A stretch of 64,000 nt of DNA from Vulcanimicrobiota bacterium (GTDB taxonomy: Bacteria > Vulcanimicrobiota > Vulcanimicrobiia > Eremiobacterales > Eremiobacteraceae): NCBI GenBank assembly GCA_963812135.1, contig CAWETU010000001.1, positions 2,240,001-2,304,000 on the forward strand. The letters run 5' to 3'. Every line of letters starts with the position of its first letter. The stretch's first letter is position 1. The position numbers and the translations under genes are program-made. Below are positions 20,238 to 29,806 of this stretch, piece by piece. Below the pieces are notes generated by a model. It made no database searches. It was not told the origin of the DNA and was given only the letters and a program-made list of their open reading frames with translations.

Positions 20238-20732
20238 ATGAAATCCACGCGTCTTTTCTTGCCCGTCGTGCTGCTGCTGCTCATCGCGTCGCCTGCCGTC
20301 GCCGACCTCGGTATGGATCTGCGCTGCAAGACTGCGGGGACTTCGATGCAGGCGTTGACCAAGCAGTGCGGGGTCGCGGGCGGGACGATCGCGGGCGCTG
20401 ATGCCCGGCTGTGCGTCGAGGCGCATGCGTCTGAGCTTGCACAAACAGCGTCGGTGTGCGTCTACGCGGCGCAAAATCACTATGCCGCGGCCCACGATCT
20501 TTCGGGCTACGATGCGGATCGCGAGCTCATCGGCGGCGCGACGTTCTTGGGCATCGCCGCAGAGGCCAACGTCTACCTCGAGCGGCGCGACCTCGCAACC
20601 GCGCAGCTTAAGTCTGTCATCACAATGGCGACGCAAGTGGCGTCCGATCCCCTTGCCGCCAACCTCACAGGCATGGCGTATAGCGAGCAGGCGGTCGCAA
20701 ATAGCTTGTTGCATTCGCTTGCCGCGAGATAA
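20238..20732 (+). CDS. Secreted hypothetical protein
   Basis: MKSTRLFLPVVLLLLIASPAVA signal peptide, 4 Cys. Confidence 0.7.
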   Translation: MKSTRLFLPVVLLLLIASPAVADLGMDLRCKTAGTSMQALTKQCGVAGGTIAGADARLCVEAHASELAQTASVCVYAAQNHYAAAHDLSGYDADRELIGGATFLGIAAEANVYLERRDLATAQLKSVITMATQVASDPLAANLTGMAYSEQAVANSLLHSLAAR

Positions 20733-20762
20733 ATGTGATCAGGGCTGAAGTCTCGCGCATTT

Positions 20763-20819
20763 GAAAACAGGTCGACCGCGCCTTTCAGCGCGGTCGATTG
20801 CTAACACTGGACCGTCACC
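20763..20819 (-). ncRNA. Antisense sRNA, locus 2
   Basis: TTGCAG-17-TATAAT promoter (20847-20852/20824-20829); 13-nt exact complement of 20943-20955, extendable with G.U pairs; 10-bp terminator stem. Confidence 0.72.
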
Positions 20820-20906
20820 TTAAATTATACCGATTCCTGAAGCGAGCTGCAAGTGGGCAGCGTCTGGTCCGTGGTCGCTGCCCGCTCTCCGCTTTGTATC
20901 GGAGGC

Positions 20907-20974
20907 TGGAGGCAGCGGGACTCGAACCCGCGACACGCGGCTTGACGGTCCAGTGCCGGCACCTGCCCACCCCC
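20907..20974 (-). ncRNA. 68-nt compact tRNA-like RNA (Ala acceptor stem, GUC anticodon), locus 2
   Basis: GGGGGTG/TGCCTCC-A, GGC-AGGT-GCC, CC-GTC-AA loop, GCGGG-TTCGAGT-CCCGC. Confidence 0.75.
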
Positions 20975-21026
20975 AACCAACCGCCCCTATCACTGAAAGC
21001 GCTCTGGCCGTAAAGGTCTTGGGGCG

Positions 21027-22488
21027 TTAGGGCAGGTCGACGATATCGCGGACGACCTCGTCCTCGGCGTCGAAAAACGGCCCGGGGTCGCCGGTCGCGT
21101 CGCCCACCATGACGGCGAAGATGACGCGCCCGTGGTGCAAGGTGTCGGCATAGCCGGTGAGGACGATCGCGTGCTGCATGTAGCCGGACTTGCCGTGCAC
21201 GCGGCCGACCGCATCGGTACCAACCAGCCGACCCGCCAACGTGCCGTCCATGCCGGCCCGCGGCAGCGCGTCGATGAAGTCGTTGCCGTACGAACGTTTG
21301 GCCGTCGAGCGTAGAATGACGACGAGCGTGCGCGGCGTGATGCGATCGGCAGCGCACAAGCCCGAGCCGTCTTGAGCATCGAGCGAGTCCTTGTCGATGC
21401 CGAGCTCTTGCACGGCAAAACGCTGCTCGACCGTCGCGCCGCCGATGAAATTGCCGCGTTGGGATAGCTTGCGCACCGCGAGCATCTTGAGGATGTGCTC
21501 CGCGATGAAGTTATCGCTTTTGGGCAGCATGGTGCGCAGGATGTCGATAAGCGGCGGCGAGTCATGGATCCATACGAGCGTCCCGGTCGCGATCTGTGCT
21601 TTCGGGAGCGGGGTATCATCGATGACGTCAAGCGGCACGTTCGGCGGCGGCGGCCCGGCAGCGACAGTGCCGACGCGGATGCCCGCCGCGACGAGGACGC
21701 TGCGTAGCGTCTTGACCGCGAAATCGGCCGTATCTTCGACCGCGCAGTGCAGCGTGTCTTCCGAAGAGCCGACCGGCATGCGACCAACGATAAGTATTTG
21801 CGTCGTGCCGAGACGGCGCGAACACCGCGCCGGGTCTTCGTATGGTCCCGAGCCCATGGTGGCGCGCGACGCGATGGTGTAGCCGGCGCTCGGACTGAGC
21901 AGTCTTGCGGATACAAGGTCGCCGCTGCGCGCGCCGGGGCTGATGACGACGCCGACCGTGCCTTCGTCGACGGCGAGCGCTTGGATGGGCGCTTGATAAT
22001 AGAACGGGGTGCCATCCCAGGCCCAATCCGGGCCCCAGCGGCGTTGGTCGAACAGCGTCGTGTCGGCAAGCACCGTGCCGCTCACCTCGCGGATCCCCGC
22101 GCGCGTGACGGCCGCAGCGGCGTCGACGAGATCGTTGGACGTCAGCATCGGATCGCCGCCGCCGACCAGGATGAGGTCGCCGTGCAGCACGCCATTGTCG
22201 ATGGTGCCGCGCGCGCGCAGCGACGTCGTGAATCGGAACTGCGGACCGAGGACGTCGAGCGCCGTCGCGGAGAGCAGGACTTTGAAGCTCGACGCGGGCG
22301 TGAAGGTGTGGTCGGCCTGATACGAGGCGAGCACGTGGCCGGTTGCCGCTTCGAGCGCGAACACGCCGAGTTGTGCGTGATTCATCGGGGCACGACGCGC
22401 GATGGACTCGACGGTAGCCTGCAGCGAATCTGCGCGCACGCCGACCGGCGCGAGGAACGCGCCAGAAGACCAGCGCCGCGAGCGCCAT
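21027..22488 (-). CDS. dacB: D-alanyl-D-alanine carboxypeptidase/endopeptidase (PBP4, S13); frameshift in the signal region
   Basis: PASSFK, GGGDP, SDN, DGSGL, KSG motifs. Confidence 0.92.
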
Positions 22489-22502
22489 GCGCCGAATCGT
22501 CG

Positions 22503-23318
22503 TCAGGGCAGCACGCCGAACACCAGCGTTTGGCCCGGATATTCCGGCAGCGTGAGATGGAGCGAGTCATATTTGAGCGGCAGGACTTCGCCGCTTTGCG
22601 GATCGCGCATGTCGAACGGGCCGATCACCGTCCATTGCGCGGGCGAGAGAACGTCGAGATCGGTCCAGAGCCGGGTGAAATCTTTGCTCGCCGCGCGCAG
22701 CGATGTGATGAGGCCTTCGAAATCGCGGTCGCCGACGTATTCCGCGTACTCGGCGCGGAACGCCGCGACGAGCCGGCCCGCGTAGTCTTCCCAACGCGGA
22801 AATACGGTGCGCGCGTCTTTGTCGGTGAACAGCTTCCACAGCGCGTTGCGTTCGAGGCCGGGCGACGTGTGATCGAGCTTCTGCATCTTGCCGAAGCGAT
22901 CGTTCCACGCGAGGTAGTCGAAGCGCGAGTTGCGCAGATAGGCGTAGCCGTCTGTGAAGCGCTCGACGAGGTGGCGGACGCCGTCGTCCACCTCCATCTC
23001 CCACACGTGGGGCTGGTCGGTGTGCGGCCGGACGAGCTTTTGCAGGTATTCTATTTCGGAGGAGGTGAGGCGCAGCGCCGAGCCGATGCGTTCGAGCGTC
23101 TCCTCGCTGACGGCGATCGGGCGTCCTTGCTCGAGCCACGTGTACCACGTCAACCCGACGTCGGCGAGCAGCGCGACTTCTTCGCGGCGCAGACCTTTGA
23201 CGCGCCGTCGCACGCCTGACGGCAAGCCGAGGTCCGCGGGCGCAAGCCGTTCGCGCCGCGATCGAAGGAATGAGGCGATCTCAGCGTGACGGTCGCTGCG
23301 GGCTGGAACACCTGACAT
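22503..23318 (-). CDS. XRE HTH regulator with MmyB-like ligand-binding domain
   Basis: FLRSRRER, GLRREEVA.LA.V..WYTWLEQGR. Confidence 0.92.
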   Translation of the reverse strand: MSGVPARSDRHAEIASFLRSRRERLAPADLGLPSGVRRRVKGLRREEVALLADVGLTWYTWLEQGRPIAVSEETLERIGSALRLTSSEIEYLQKLVRPHTDQPHVWEMEVDDGVRHLVERFTDGYAYLRNSRFDYLAWNDRFGKMQKLDHTSPGLERNALWKLFTDKDARTVFPRWEDYAGRLVAAFRAEYAEYVGDRDFEGLITSLRAASKDFTRLWTDLDVLSPAQWTVIGPFDMRDPQSGEVLPLKYDSLHLTLPEYPGQTLVFGVLP

Positions 23319-23400
23319 CGTGGAAAGCGACTTCGACCGGTCGCTTCAGGTCCCTAGCCCATGACCGTAGGGACAGCGCGTGCGCGGGTGCGGGAATCGG

Positions 23401-23565
23401 CTATGCGATCACGTCCGTCCGGTCACTGGGGTCTGCTGGAACCGCCGGCGGTTCGAACAGCTCGTCAATCCGGCCGGCTTTGAGGCACTCGTCGCAAATA
23501 TGATGCGCCGTGCCGGGAACCAAAAACACTTCGCCGCTGGACTGACAGATATCACACCGTTGCAT
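23401..23565 (-). CDS. Small zinc-finger protein (54 aa)
   Basis: CDIC...ICDEC, GAGG RBS. Confidence 0.55.
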   Translation of the reverse strand: MQRCDICQSSGEVFLVPGTAHHICDECLKAGRIDELFEPPAVPADPSDRTDVIA

Positions 23566-23650
23566 AGTGGGCCTCAATTTTGCGCCCCGGTACGAGGGGC
23601 GGGTTATGTTTGTTTCGCGTCTGTGTACCGTGCCCTGCAAGCGTACAGCG

Positions 23651-24007
23651 ATGCGTAAGTATGTCGATATCTCGCAGCATCGTCTTAGAATGCTTGGGAA
23701 CAATGATATCGAACCATTTTGCCCCCCAGCAGGGCTTCCGGTCAAATCGGAGGCGGTGATGAGTCCTCTCGAAATATGCAATATCCTCGTCAGGCACGAT
23801 CCAATCCATATAGATGCCGGAGACGACACCTACTCGATCGAGTCGCGAGTTCTCGCTCGCAGGTTCTCGAAGAACACCAGCGTGGCGGATTGGCGGCGCG
23901 CGGTGCACGAGGATATGGAGTTTTGGTCGGACGACGAGGCGGCTGGCTCCGAAGAAAGCTATCAGTCGATCGCGCAAGAGCTCTGGAACGGTTTTCACCT
24001 CAATTGA
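23651..24007 (+). CDS. Hypothetical protein
   Basis: Acidic ORF ending before a hairpin. Confidence 0.5.
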   Translation: MRKYVDISQHRLRMLGNNDIEPFCPPAGLPVKSEAVMSPLEICNILVRHDPIHIDAGDDTYSIESRVLARRFSKNTSVADWRRAVHEDMEFWSDDEAAGSEESYQSIAQELWNGFHLN

Positions 24008-24026
24008 ACGCGCTCGGATAAGATAG

Positions 24027-24055
24027 CGGCCCCGCGCACGTCACGCGCGGGGCCG
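24027..24055. terminator. 11-bp hairpin between convergent ORFs
   Basis: CGGCCCCGCGC-acgtcac-GCGCGGGGCCG. Confidence 0.55.
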
Positions 24056-24080
24056 AGCGGAATTCCGACGAAGCGAATCG

Positions 24081-24806
24081 TTATCTGGAGATGCGCACGT
24101 CGCGGGTCGCGGTGCGCTTCGACGTCATGCCCGCGACGCGAAGTTCGAGCCCATCGTGATGCTCTTGACGCTACGGACTGCGACCTATGCGGGCCGGTGA
24201 CCGTGAACGTACGTCGTAGACGTTGTCGCGTCGGGTACCCACAAGGCGTCGCCGTGTAGAATGCCGCCGGCTGCGAGAAGCGAGCGCGAACTCGTTGAAG
24301 TCGCCGACATTGACCCTTGACAGTCCGCCGCGTAATTGGACGTTGAATTGGTTTGCTTGCGCGACCTGTTGGCGACGTAGAGATAAGGTCCCCTGGGTCA
24401 CGGGTCGACGTTTGGTGCCTCGTACTTGGGAACGATCGCACCGTCGGCGAGAATGGTCGCCGCCAGGACTTTGCATGCGGCGCCACGGTTTGATGGCATC
24501 TGACTCGGCGCCGGCGGGGAATTTGGCTGACGGCCGAGCCACGTCCATGTGCGCTCCCATCCGGGTTCAGCGCGTCGACGTGAAGCTTCAAGGTGGTCAC
24601 GGTGCCGTTGGCCACTGCTCTTTGCGCTTGAAATTGACCCACTGCGAAGGCCGGCAAACCGGCGGGCACCGGGGCGTGATGGTGCCTTTGAGCGTGTAGG
24701 TGAATTGGTCGCCGACCGCACGGGTCGCGGCGCTGGCTGGTGCAGCCATGCAAAGGAGGCCCAACGCAGCAAGGACGAGGTCGCGGATCCGGCGGTCGAG
24801 TGTCAT
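24081..24806 (-). pseudogene. Secreted hypothetical protein, multiply frameshifted
   Basis: GAGGAG RBS, signal peptide MTLDRRIRDLVLAALGLLCMAAPASA, then frame breaks. Confidence 0.5.
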
Positions 24807-24817
24807 ATCAATGCTCC

Positions 24818-25600
24818 TCAGTGAAGTCGGATGGCGGTGAGAAAAGACCGGCTTCTCGTTCGCCCGTAGATCGGATGTTGCCGAGCTCGGTCAAGGATCG
24901 TGATATCTCCTGCGATGCTCGGGCGCATCGAGAACGAACGGTACATCACCAGCTTGCCCGGTTCGAACGCCGATGCGGTCGTCGACGGCTGGCATGCGCT
25001 CGCGAGCACGCTTGCCGGATCCGGCGCTTTTGACGGCGCATTGTCGGGGTCTGGAAGATCCGTGACATACTCCACGATGTCGACCTCGTGGTTTCCCGCT
25101 TTGAACCAGCCGACTGGCTGCGCCGATTGAAGAGTGCCGCTCAGATGATAGTCGCGCACGTGCTGGTGCTCGATCGCCGTGGGCGTGAGCGTCGCGATAG
25201 GGCGTGCCGACGAGTTCGGAGACCGGCGCGGGCGTGGCGTGAACTGGTAACGGTCGTGATGCCGGGGTGACGCTTGCGACGGTATGATATCTGCGGCGGA
25301 ATCAAGGACGAGCGGGAGCCCTTGTCCGGTTTGATGATCGTGGCGTAGTGGCCGGCGTCACTCGCCGCCAGCCGCGCTAGTAGGCGATCTGGGTCATCGG
25401 CCGGCGCTCATCAATGCTCTGGATTGTGACGCGATCTGCCCCGGCGTGTTTCTGGGCGGCGTTGAAAGCCGTGCAGGCCGCCACCGACGCACTCGCTGCG
25501 AGGAATGAACCCACGCCGGATGGCGGCTGAGCAATCCCGTCAACAGTCCGGCCGCCATGCTCGGGGCGGCTGGACCGCTGTTGAAATGATAGGGCGGCAA
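24818..25600 (-). pseudogene. Fragmented hypothetical gene
   Basis: Protein-like 113-aa C-terminal piece; upstream frames broken. Confidence 0.35.
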
Positions 25601-25815
25601 TTTGGCGATCGGGTCGCGTGAGCGGCGAAGCTGTCCGGCGGTGGCGGCGTGCCCGATACGATGACCCTGGCGATAATATCGTAGGTTATGTCAAAATGAG
25701 GCGCCAAGGGAGGCGCTCAATGGCAGAGGTTTGCGACTACGCAGGCAAAGGTTGTGCAAAAACAAGTCACAATAGTTACAAGTCTCATGCGGACAGTCTA
25801 GCTGAATTTGCTACA

Positions 25816-26865
25816 TCATTTCGTGCATGCGAAGCTGATCCGGAAGTTCGGCGGATTGACGGTGTAATGGGGCCTCCCAACGCGTACGTTCTGCTTGGCA
25901 GCGTCGAATGGTACGATCAGTTTCGCCGGCTTGTCGTTGGGGTCGAGGGGGCCTTGGCGGAAGCGCTGCTGGTACGTGAACGAACTGCCCGGCGCGAAGG
26001 TGCGGTTCATCAACTGCCCCCAGTTCATCGACGAGCCAGCGCTGTTGGTCACCCCTATGGTGTTTCCGCTCGCCAGCGCGAGCTGCTGCTCGCTCGTGTT
26101 GGTGTCGCCTGGCGCGAGCGGACTACTCGTCACATTGACCCAGTCCTCCGTGATCATCCAGCCGACCTGCGGATTGCTGGGATTGTTGTCGTTGCCATAG
26201 TCGGGTCCGAACGCGGTGGCTCTGACCTTCCATATCCCGTTGGACATCCACTGGTTCAAGCAGCCCTCTTTGGCCGGGATCTCCGACGAACCACCTTGGG
26301 CCGCCGCCGTCGTCGCGCTCGCGGTGCAGTCGAGCTTGATCCGGAAGTCATATTTTTTGGTGGAGAATTGCGGCTGGAACCTGGCTTGCGATAGCTTTGC
26401 GTTGTCGAACGAGATGATCAGCGCCTTGGGCTTGTTGTTCGCATCCACCGCGCCCTTTGCCGATCGAAACATCTGCACGTATTGGAACTGGCCCGACGCG
26501 GGCAGGGCATGCGAGTCGATCACCGACTGCGACATTTGAGACGTATTGGTGTCGGTCGTGGAGAGCGAGGTGCCGTCGGTGAGCTGGAGCTGCTGCGGTT
26601 TGGTGAAGCTGTTACCGGGAGCGATGTTCTGAGTCGTGCCGTTGCGCCACACCTCGGTCACTTGCCAGCCGACCTGCTGGGCACCGTCCATGAGCGGTTC
26701 AACTTTGGTCGCCTGAACGCGCCAGACACCGTTGAACATCCATTGATTCATGCAGCCTTCGCTGGTCGTCGCGTCACCGGCGCTCGTCGAGCGCACGCTG
26801 ATCAACGCGATGAGGATTAGACCAGCCGCTAACGACAGCGCCGGCCGTACCAGGAAATGCCGCAT
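25816..26865 (-). CDS. Secreted protein with a tandemly duplicated domain
   Basis: Signal peptide; EGCMNQWMFNGVWRV and EGCLNQWMSNGIWKV units, each ending FRI...CT. Confidence 0.85.
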   Translation of the reverse strand: MRHFLVRPALSLAAGLILIALISVRSTSAGDATTSEGCMNQWMFNGVWRVQATKVEPLMDGAQQVGWQVTEVWRNGTTQNIAPGNSFTKPQQLQLTDGTSLSTTDTNTSQMSQSVIDSHALPASGQFQYVQMFRSAKGAVDANNKPKALIISFDNAKLSQARFQPQFSTKKYDFRIKLDCTASATTAAAQGGSSEIPAKEGCLNQWMSNGIWKVRATAFGPDYGNDNNPSNPQVGWMITEDWVNVTSSPLAPGDTNTSEQQLALASGNTIGVTNSAGSSMNWGQLMNRTFAPGSSFTYQQRFRQGPLDPNDKPAKLIVPFDAAKQNVRVGRPHYTVNPPNFRISFACTK

Positions 26866-26945
26866 GGGAACCTCCTCAGGGGCAAGTTGGCAGGATGGGC
26901 ATGAGTGTACCGTCCGCGCTTGCGAAAACCTCTTTGCCGCTTGCT

Positions 26946-26992
26946 CGGTCGAATAAATTCGACCGCTACGTCTCTCTTATTCGACCGCTACA
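26946..26992 (-). repeat. REP palindrome plus a second half-copy
   Basis: CGGTCGAATAAATTCGACCGCTAC then TTATTCGACCGCTACA. Confidence 0.85.
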
Positions 26993-27195
26993 TTTTACGA
27001 GAGCGTTCAAGCAGCAGTTCTCGCTCGCGGGCGTTCTTGGTGAGGGCTGCCGCGCGCTCGAACTCGGCACGCGCTTCTGCGTGGCGGCCGAGCTTTGCGA
27101 GCAGGTCGCCGCGCACGCTCGGCAAGAGATGATACGATTTGAGCGATGGCTCATCGGCCAACGCATCGACGATCTCAAGACCCGCTGCGGATGGC
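26988..27195 (-). pseudogene. C-terminal remnant of an ECF sigma factor (DUF6596/TPR-extended type)
   Basis: AAGLEIVDAL..EPSL.SYHLLPSVRGDLL.KLGR..EAR.EFERAA.LT.N.RER.LL; no sigma regions present. Confidence 0.7.
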
Positions 27196-27272
27196 CAAAT
27201 CGACACCAAGGGCATAGGTGCGTCCCGCTCGTATGACCTTATCTACCTTACGGCTTTAGAAGGACGTGCATA

Positions 27273-27551
27273 ATGGCTGATCCAGAGAAAGCGACCAAAG
27301 GGAGCGATTGTTTCGCCGAGTGCCGCCAGCTCCTCGATGATTGTATGTCGATGGCCCAGACCGATGCTGACAAAGCCGCGTGCGCAGCGGATTTCAAGAC
27401 TTGCGTCAGCTATTGTCCGGATCAGTTCGCCGAACGCGATTGCTATACCGCGTGCGCGACCGCCTACGACTCGTGCATGGCAACTGCCGGCAGCGATGCC
27501 GAGAAGGCCGCGTGCGCGGTGAAGTATCAGAATTGTCTCGCCAACTGTTGA
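27273..27551 (+). CDS. Cys-rich small protein, two CX3CX6CX12CX6CX3C repeats
   Basis: AAGGA RBS, 12 Cys in two identically spaced units. Confidence 0.8.
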   Translation: MADPEKATKGSDCFAECRQLLDDCMSMAQTDADKAACAADFKTCVSYCPDQFAERDCYTACATAYDSCMATAGSDAEKAACAVKYQNCLANC

Positions 27552-27576
27552 CGGTCGAATAAATTCGACCGCTACA
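27552..27576 (-). repeat. GTAG-type REP palindrome
   Basis: Consensus copy; its GTAG supplies the TAG stop of the TPM gene. Confidence 0.88.
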
Positions 27577-28006
27577 AGGGCAATCTGGGGCGCGGATAGT
27601 GCTCTGCGAGAACTTGGCCGACTTCGGTCACGCCGTGGACGATGCCGATGGTGAGGTCGCCGGTCTTTATCTGATCGGCGATCTCGTTGGCGATTCGATC
27701 CCAAAACGCTTGGCCGACTTTTTGATGGATGCCCGAACCGCCGAGCACGCGCAGCGAGCGCTGCGACGGCACGACGAATAACAGCACGCCGTTCTCGTCC
27801 ATCGGATGCGAGGAGCGTAAGCGCGCGAACGCGTGATTCGCGTAGCGATGGTGGTGGCCGAACAAACGCGGCGCCAGCGTGACGTAGATCTTGCCGGTGG
27901 TCTCCTTCTCCGCGGCCGTGATGGCGTCGCTGATCCGCTTGGCGTCCACTTGGCGAGCCAGCGGATGGCGCGTCCGGTCAGCAGGATCGTGCGGCAGGTT
28001 CACCAT
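27572..28006 (-). CDS. TPM domain protein
   Basis: AI.AAEK.TTG.I, NGVLLFV, GI..KVG..FW. Confidence 0.88.
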   Translation of the reverse strand: MVNLPHDPADRTRHPLARQVDAKRISDAITAAEKETTGKIYVTLAPRLFGHHHRYANHAFARLRSSHPMDENGVLLFVVPSQRSLRVLGGSGIHQKVGQAFWDRIANEIADQIKTGDLTIGIVHGVTEVGQVLAEHYPRPRLPL

Positions 28007-28815
28007 GATGCCGATGCTCCGCCGCCGCCGCCCATGCCGCCGCCACCCGAGAAGCCGCCGCCACCGCCGCCGCCGAAATCGCTGTCGCCCGAACTGCCGC
28101 CGCTAAAGCCGCCGACCCCGCCCCACCAACCCGGGCCGTAACCACCCGAGCCGATCGTGTAGCCGCGTCGCGCGGCGTATGTCGCGCTGCGGATAAAGGT
28201 GACGATCATGAAGATCATGACCATGATGAACACGACGAACGGTGCGACGACCCAGAAGGTTGGAGGGACGCCTGAGGTTTGGGTTTCACCGGTCTGCTCC
28301 GGCGTGGCACCGCCGATCGCGGCGATGAGGGCGTTGACGCCCGCGGTCACGGCGCCGTCGACGTCGCCTTCCTTTAGATGGGTGGCGATGATGGTGCGCG
28401 CGATCTGCGAGGCGCGCGCGTCGGTGAGCTGGCCCTCGAGTCCGTAGCCGACTTCGATGCGGATCTTGTGGTCGCGCATGAAGATGAACAGCGCGAGCCC
28501 GTCGTCGAGTCCCTTGCGACCGACTTTCCAATTGGTGAAGGCGTGGATCGTCCAGTCCTCGAGCGGCGTATCGCCGGTGGTCTGGGCGATGTACACGATG
28601 AACTGATGGCCCGAGGTGCGATAGTATTCGGCGAGTTGCGCGTTGATCGCGTCGCGCGTCGTCGGCGAGAGCGCACCCGCGGCGTCGGTGACCCATTGGG
28701 TGGGCATCGGCGGGATGGGTTCTTCGGCGGCGCGCGCTTGTTGAACGCCCAGCGCGAGCGAGACGAACAGTGCGAGCGACGCGAACAACGCGCCGCGCGC
28801 GGTCAGGCGCAACAA
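28000..28815 (-). CDS. TPM domain protein (YgcG-like) with Gly-rich tail
   Basis: VTD.AG.LS, W.VGRKG.D.G, RIEVGYGLEG, GGGGASASW. Confidence 0.92.
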   Translation of the reverse strand: MLRLTARGALFASLALFVSLALGVQQARAAEEPIPPMPTQWVTDAAGALSPTTRDAINAQLAEYYRTSGHQFIVYIAQTTGDTPLEDWTIHAFTNWKVGRKGLDDGLALFIFMRDHKIRIEVGYGLEGQLTDARASQIARTIIATHLKEGDVDGAVTAGVNALIAAIGGATPEQTGETQTSGVPPTFWVVAPFVVFIMVMIFMIVTFIRSATYAARRGYTIGSGGYGPGWWGGVGGFSGGSSGDSDFGGGGGGGFSGGGGMGGGGGASASW

Positions 28816-28816
28816 A

Positions 28817-29422
28817 CTAGAAGTTGACCTGTGGCGCAGTCTGCGCGCCGGGCTGCGACTTGAAGTATTCCCTCGGTTTGAATTTGTCGCCGAACATGCC
28901 GGCGACGAGCACGGTGGGGAATTGTTGGCGCGTGGTGTTGAACGTCTGGGCGACCTGATTGTAGCGGTTGCGCTCGACCGCGATGCGGTTCTCCGTGCCC
29001 TCCAGCTGGGATTGCAGCTCGAGGAAATTCTCGTTGGCCTTGAGCTGGGGATAGTTCTCGACCACCGCGAGCAGGTGCGTGAGCGCGCCGCTCAGGCTGT
29101 CCTGCGCGGCTTGGAATTTGGCGAACGCGGCGGGATCGGTCGGCAGGTTCGAGGCGTTGACGTTGAGCTGGCCGACCTTGGCGCGCGCTTCGGCGACCTG
29201 CGTGTACGTGCTCTTCTCGAAATTCGCGACGCCTTTGACGGTCGCCACCAAGTTCGGGATGAGGTCGGCGCGCCGCTGGTAGACGTTTTCGACTTGCGCC
29301 CACTGCGCATCGACGGCTTGGCTCAGCGACACGAGATTGTTGTACGTGCTCGCCAAAAAGAGGCCGACGACGGCGATGATGAGCACGATGGCGATCAGAC
29401 AGCCTAGTAGACCGCGACTCAT
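28817..29422 (-). CDS. lemA: LemA family protein
   Basis: YQRRADLIPNLV, ENYPQLKA, LEGTENRIAVER. Confidence 0.95.
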   Translation of the reverse strand: MSRGLLGCLIAIVLIIAVVGLFLASTYNNLVSLSQAVDAQWAQVENVYQRRADLIPNLVATVKGVANFEKSTYTQVAEARAKVGQLNVNASNLPTDPAAFAKFQAAQDSLSGALTHLLAVVENYPQLKANENFLELQSQLEGTENRIAVERNRYNQVAQTFNTTRQQFPTVLVAGMFGDKFKPREYFKSQPGAQTAPQVNF

Positions 29423-29493
29423 CCTTGTCCCCCTTAAGGTCAGCTCGCGCGATGTAGGGGTCAGGTTCCGTCGGGGCTTCGAACTCCCCTCGG

Positions 29494-29544
29494 AAAAGAA
29501 GAAACCAGCCTCGTTTGGCTGGTTCCAGCGCTGGCTCGTCAAGC
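29494..29544 (-). ncRNA. Orphan antisense-family sRNA, locus 3
   Basis: TATAAT 29551-29556; 5' GCTTGACGAGCCAGCGCTGG; AACCAGCC/GGCTGGTT stem plus TCTTCTTTT, resembling the locus 1 terminator. Confidence 0.62.
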
Positions 29545-29770
29545 AAAGCCATTATAGCGCCCGTGTTTGTTGGCAATAGGGTGTGAGGAGAGAAGGTCAA
29601 GGTGAGCTTGTCGTCACCTGGATAGAGATTCCGGCAGACGAGCCGGTCGTCAGCGTTGAATGCTTACTGTCTGGCCCAGCTTTGTCGACACGCTACGCTC
29701 TTGCGGAGAGCGTTGTGTTTTGGCTTTTTCATTGTGCTGATATTGTAGCGCTGGAGCGGATTTGGTCAAT

Positions 29771-29795
29771 CGGTCGAACAAATTCGACCGCTACA
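29771..29795 (-). repeat. GTAG-type REP palindrome
   Basis: CGGTCGAACAAATTCGACCGCTACA. Confidence 0.85.
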
Positions 29796-29806
29796 GATGA
29801 GCGGGA

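Noticed and set aside
19566..20732. Long 388-aa and 319-aa ORFs
   Set aside because: Over-extended 5' ends; the real genes are arsR (start 20105) and the secreted protein (start 20238)
17259..20974. tRNA-like elements as tmRNA or attL/attR ends of an integrated element
   Set aside because: Too short for tmRNA and no tag ORF; the copies are diverged complete folds rather than identical 3' fragments; no integrase present
28018..28130. GCC-rich tandem repeat
   Set aside because: Normal Gly-rich tail of a TPM protein
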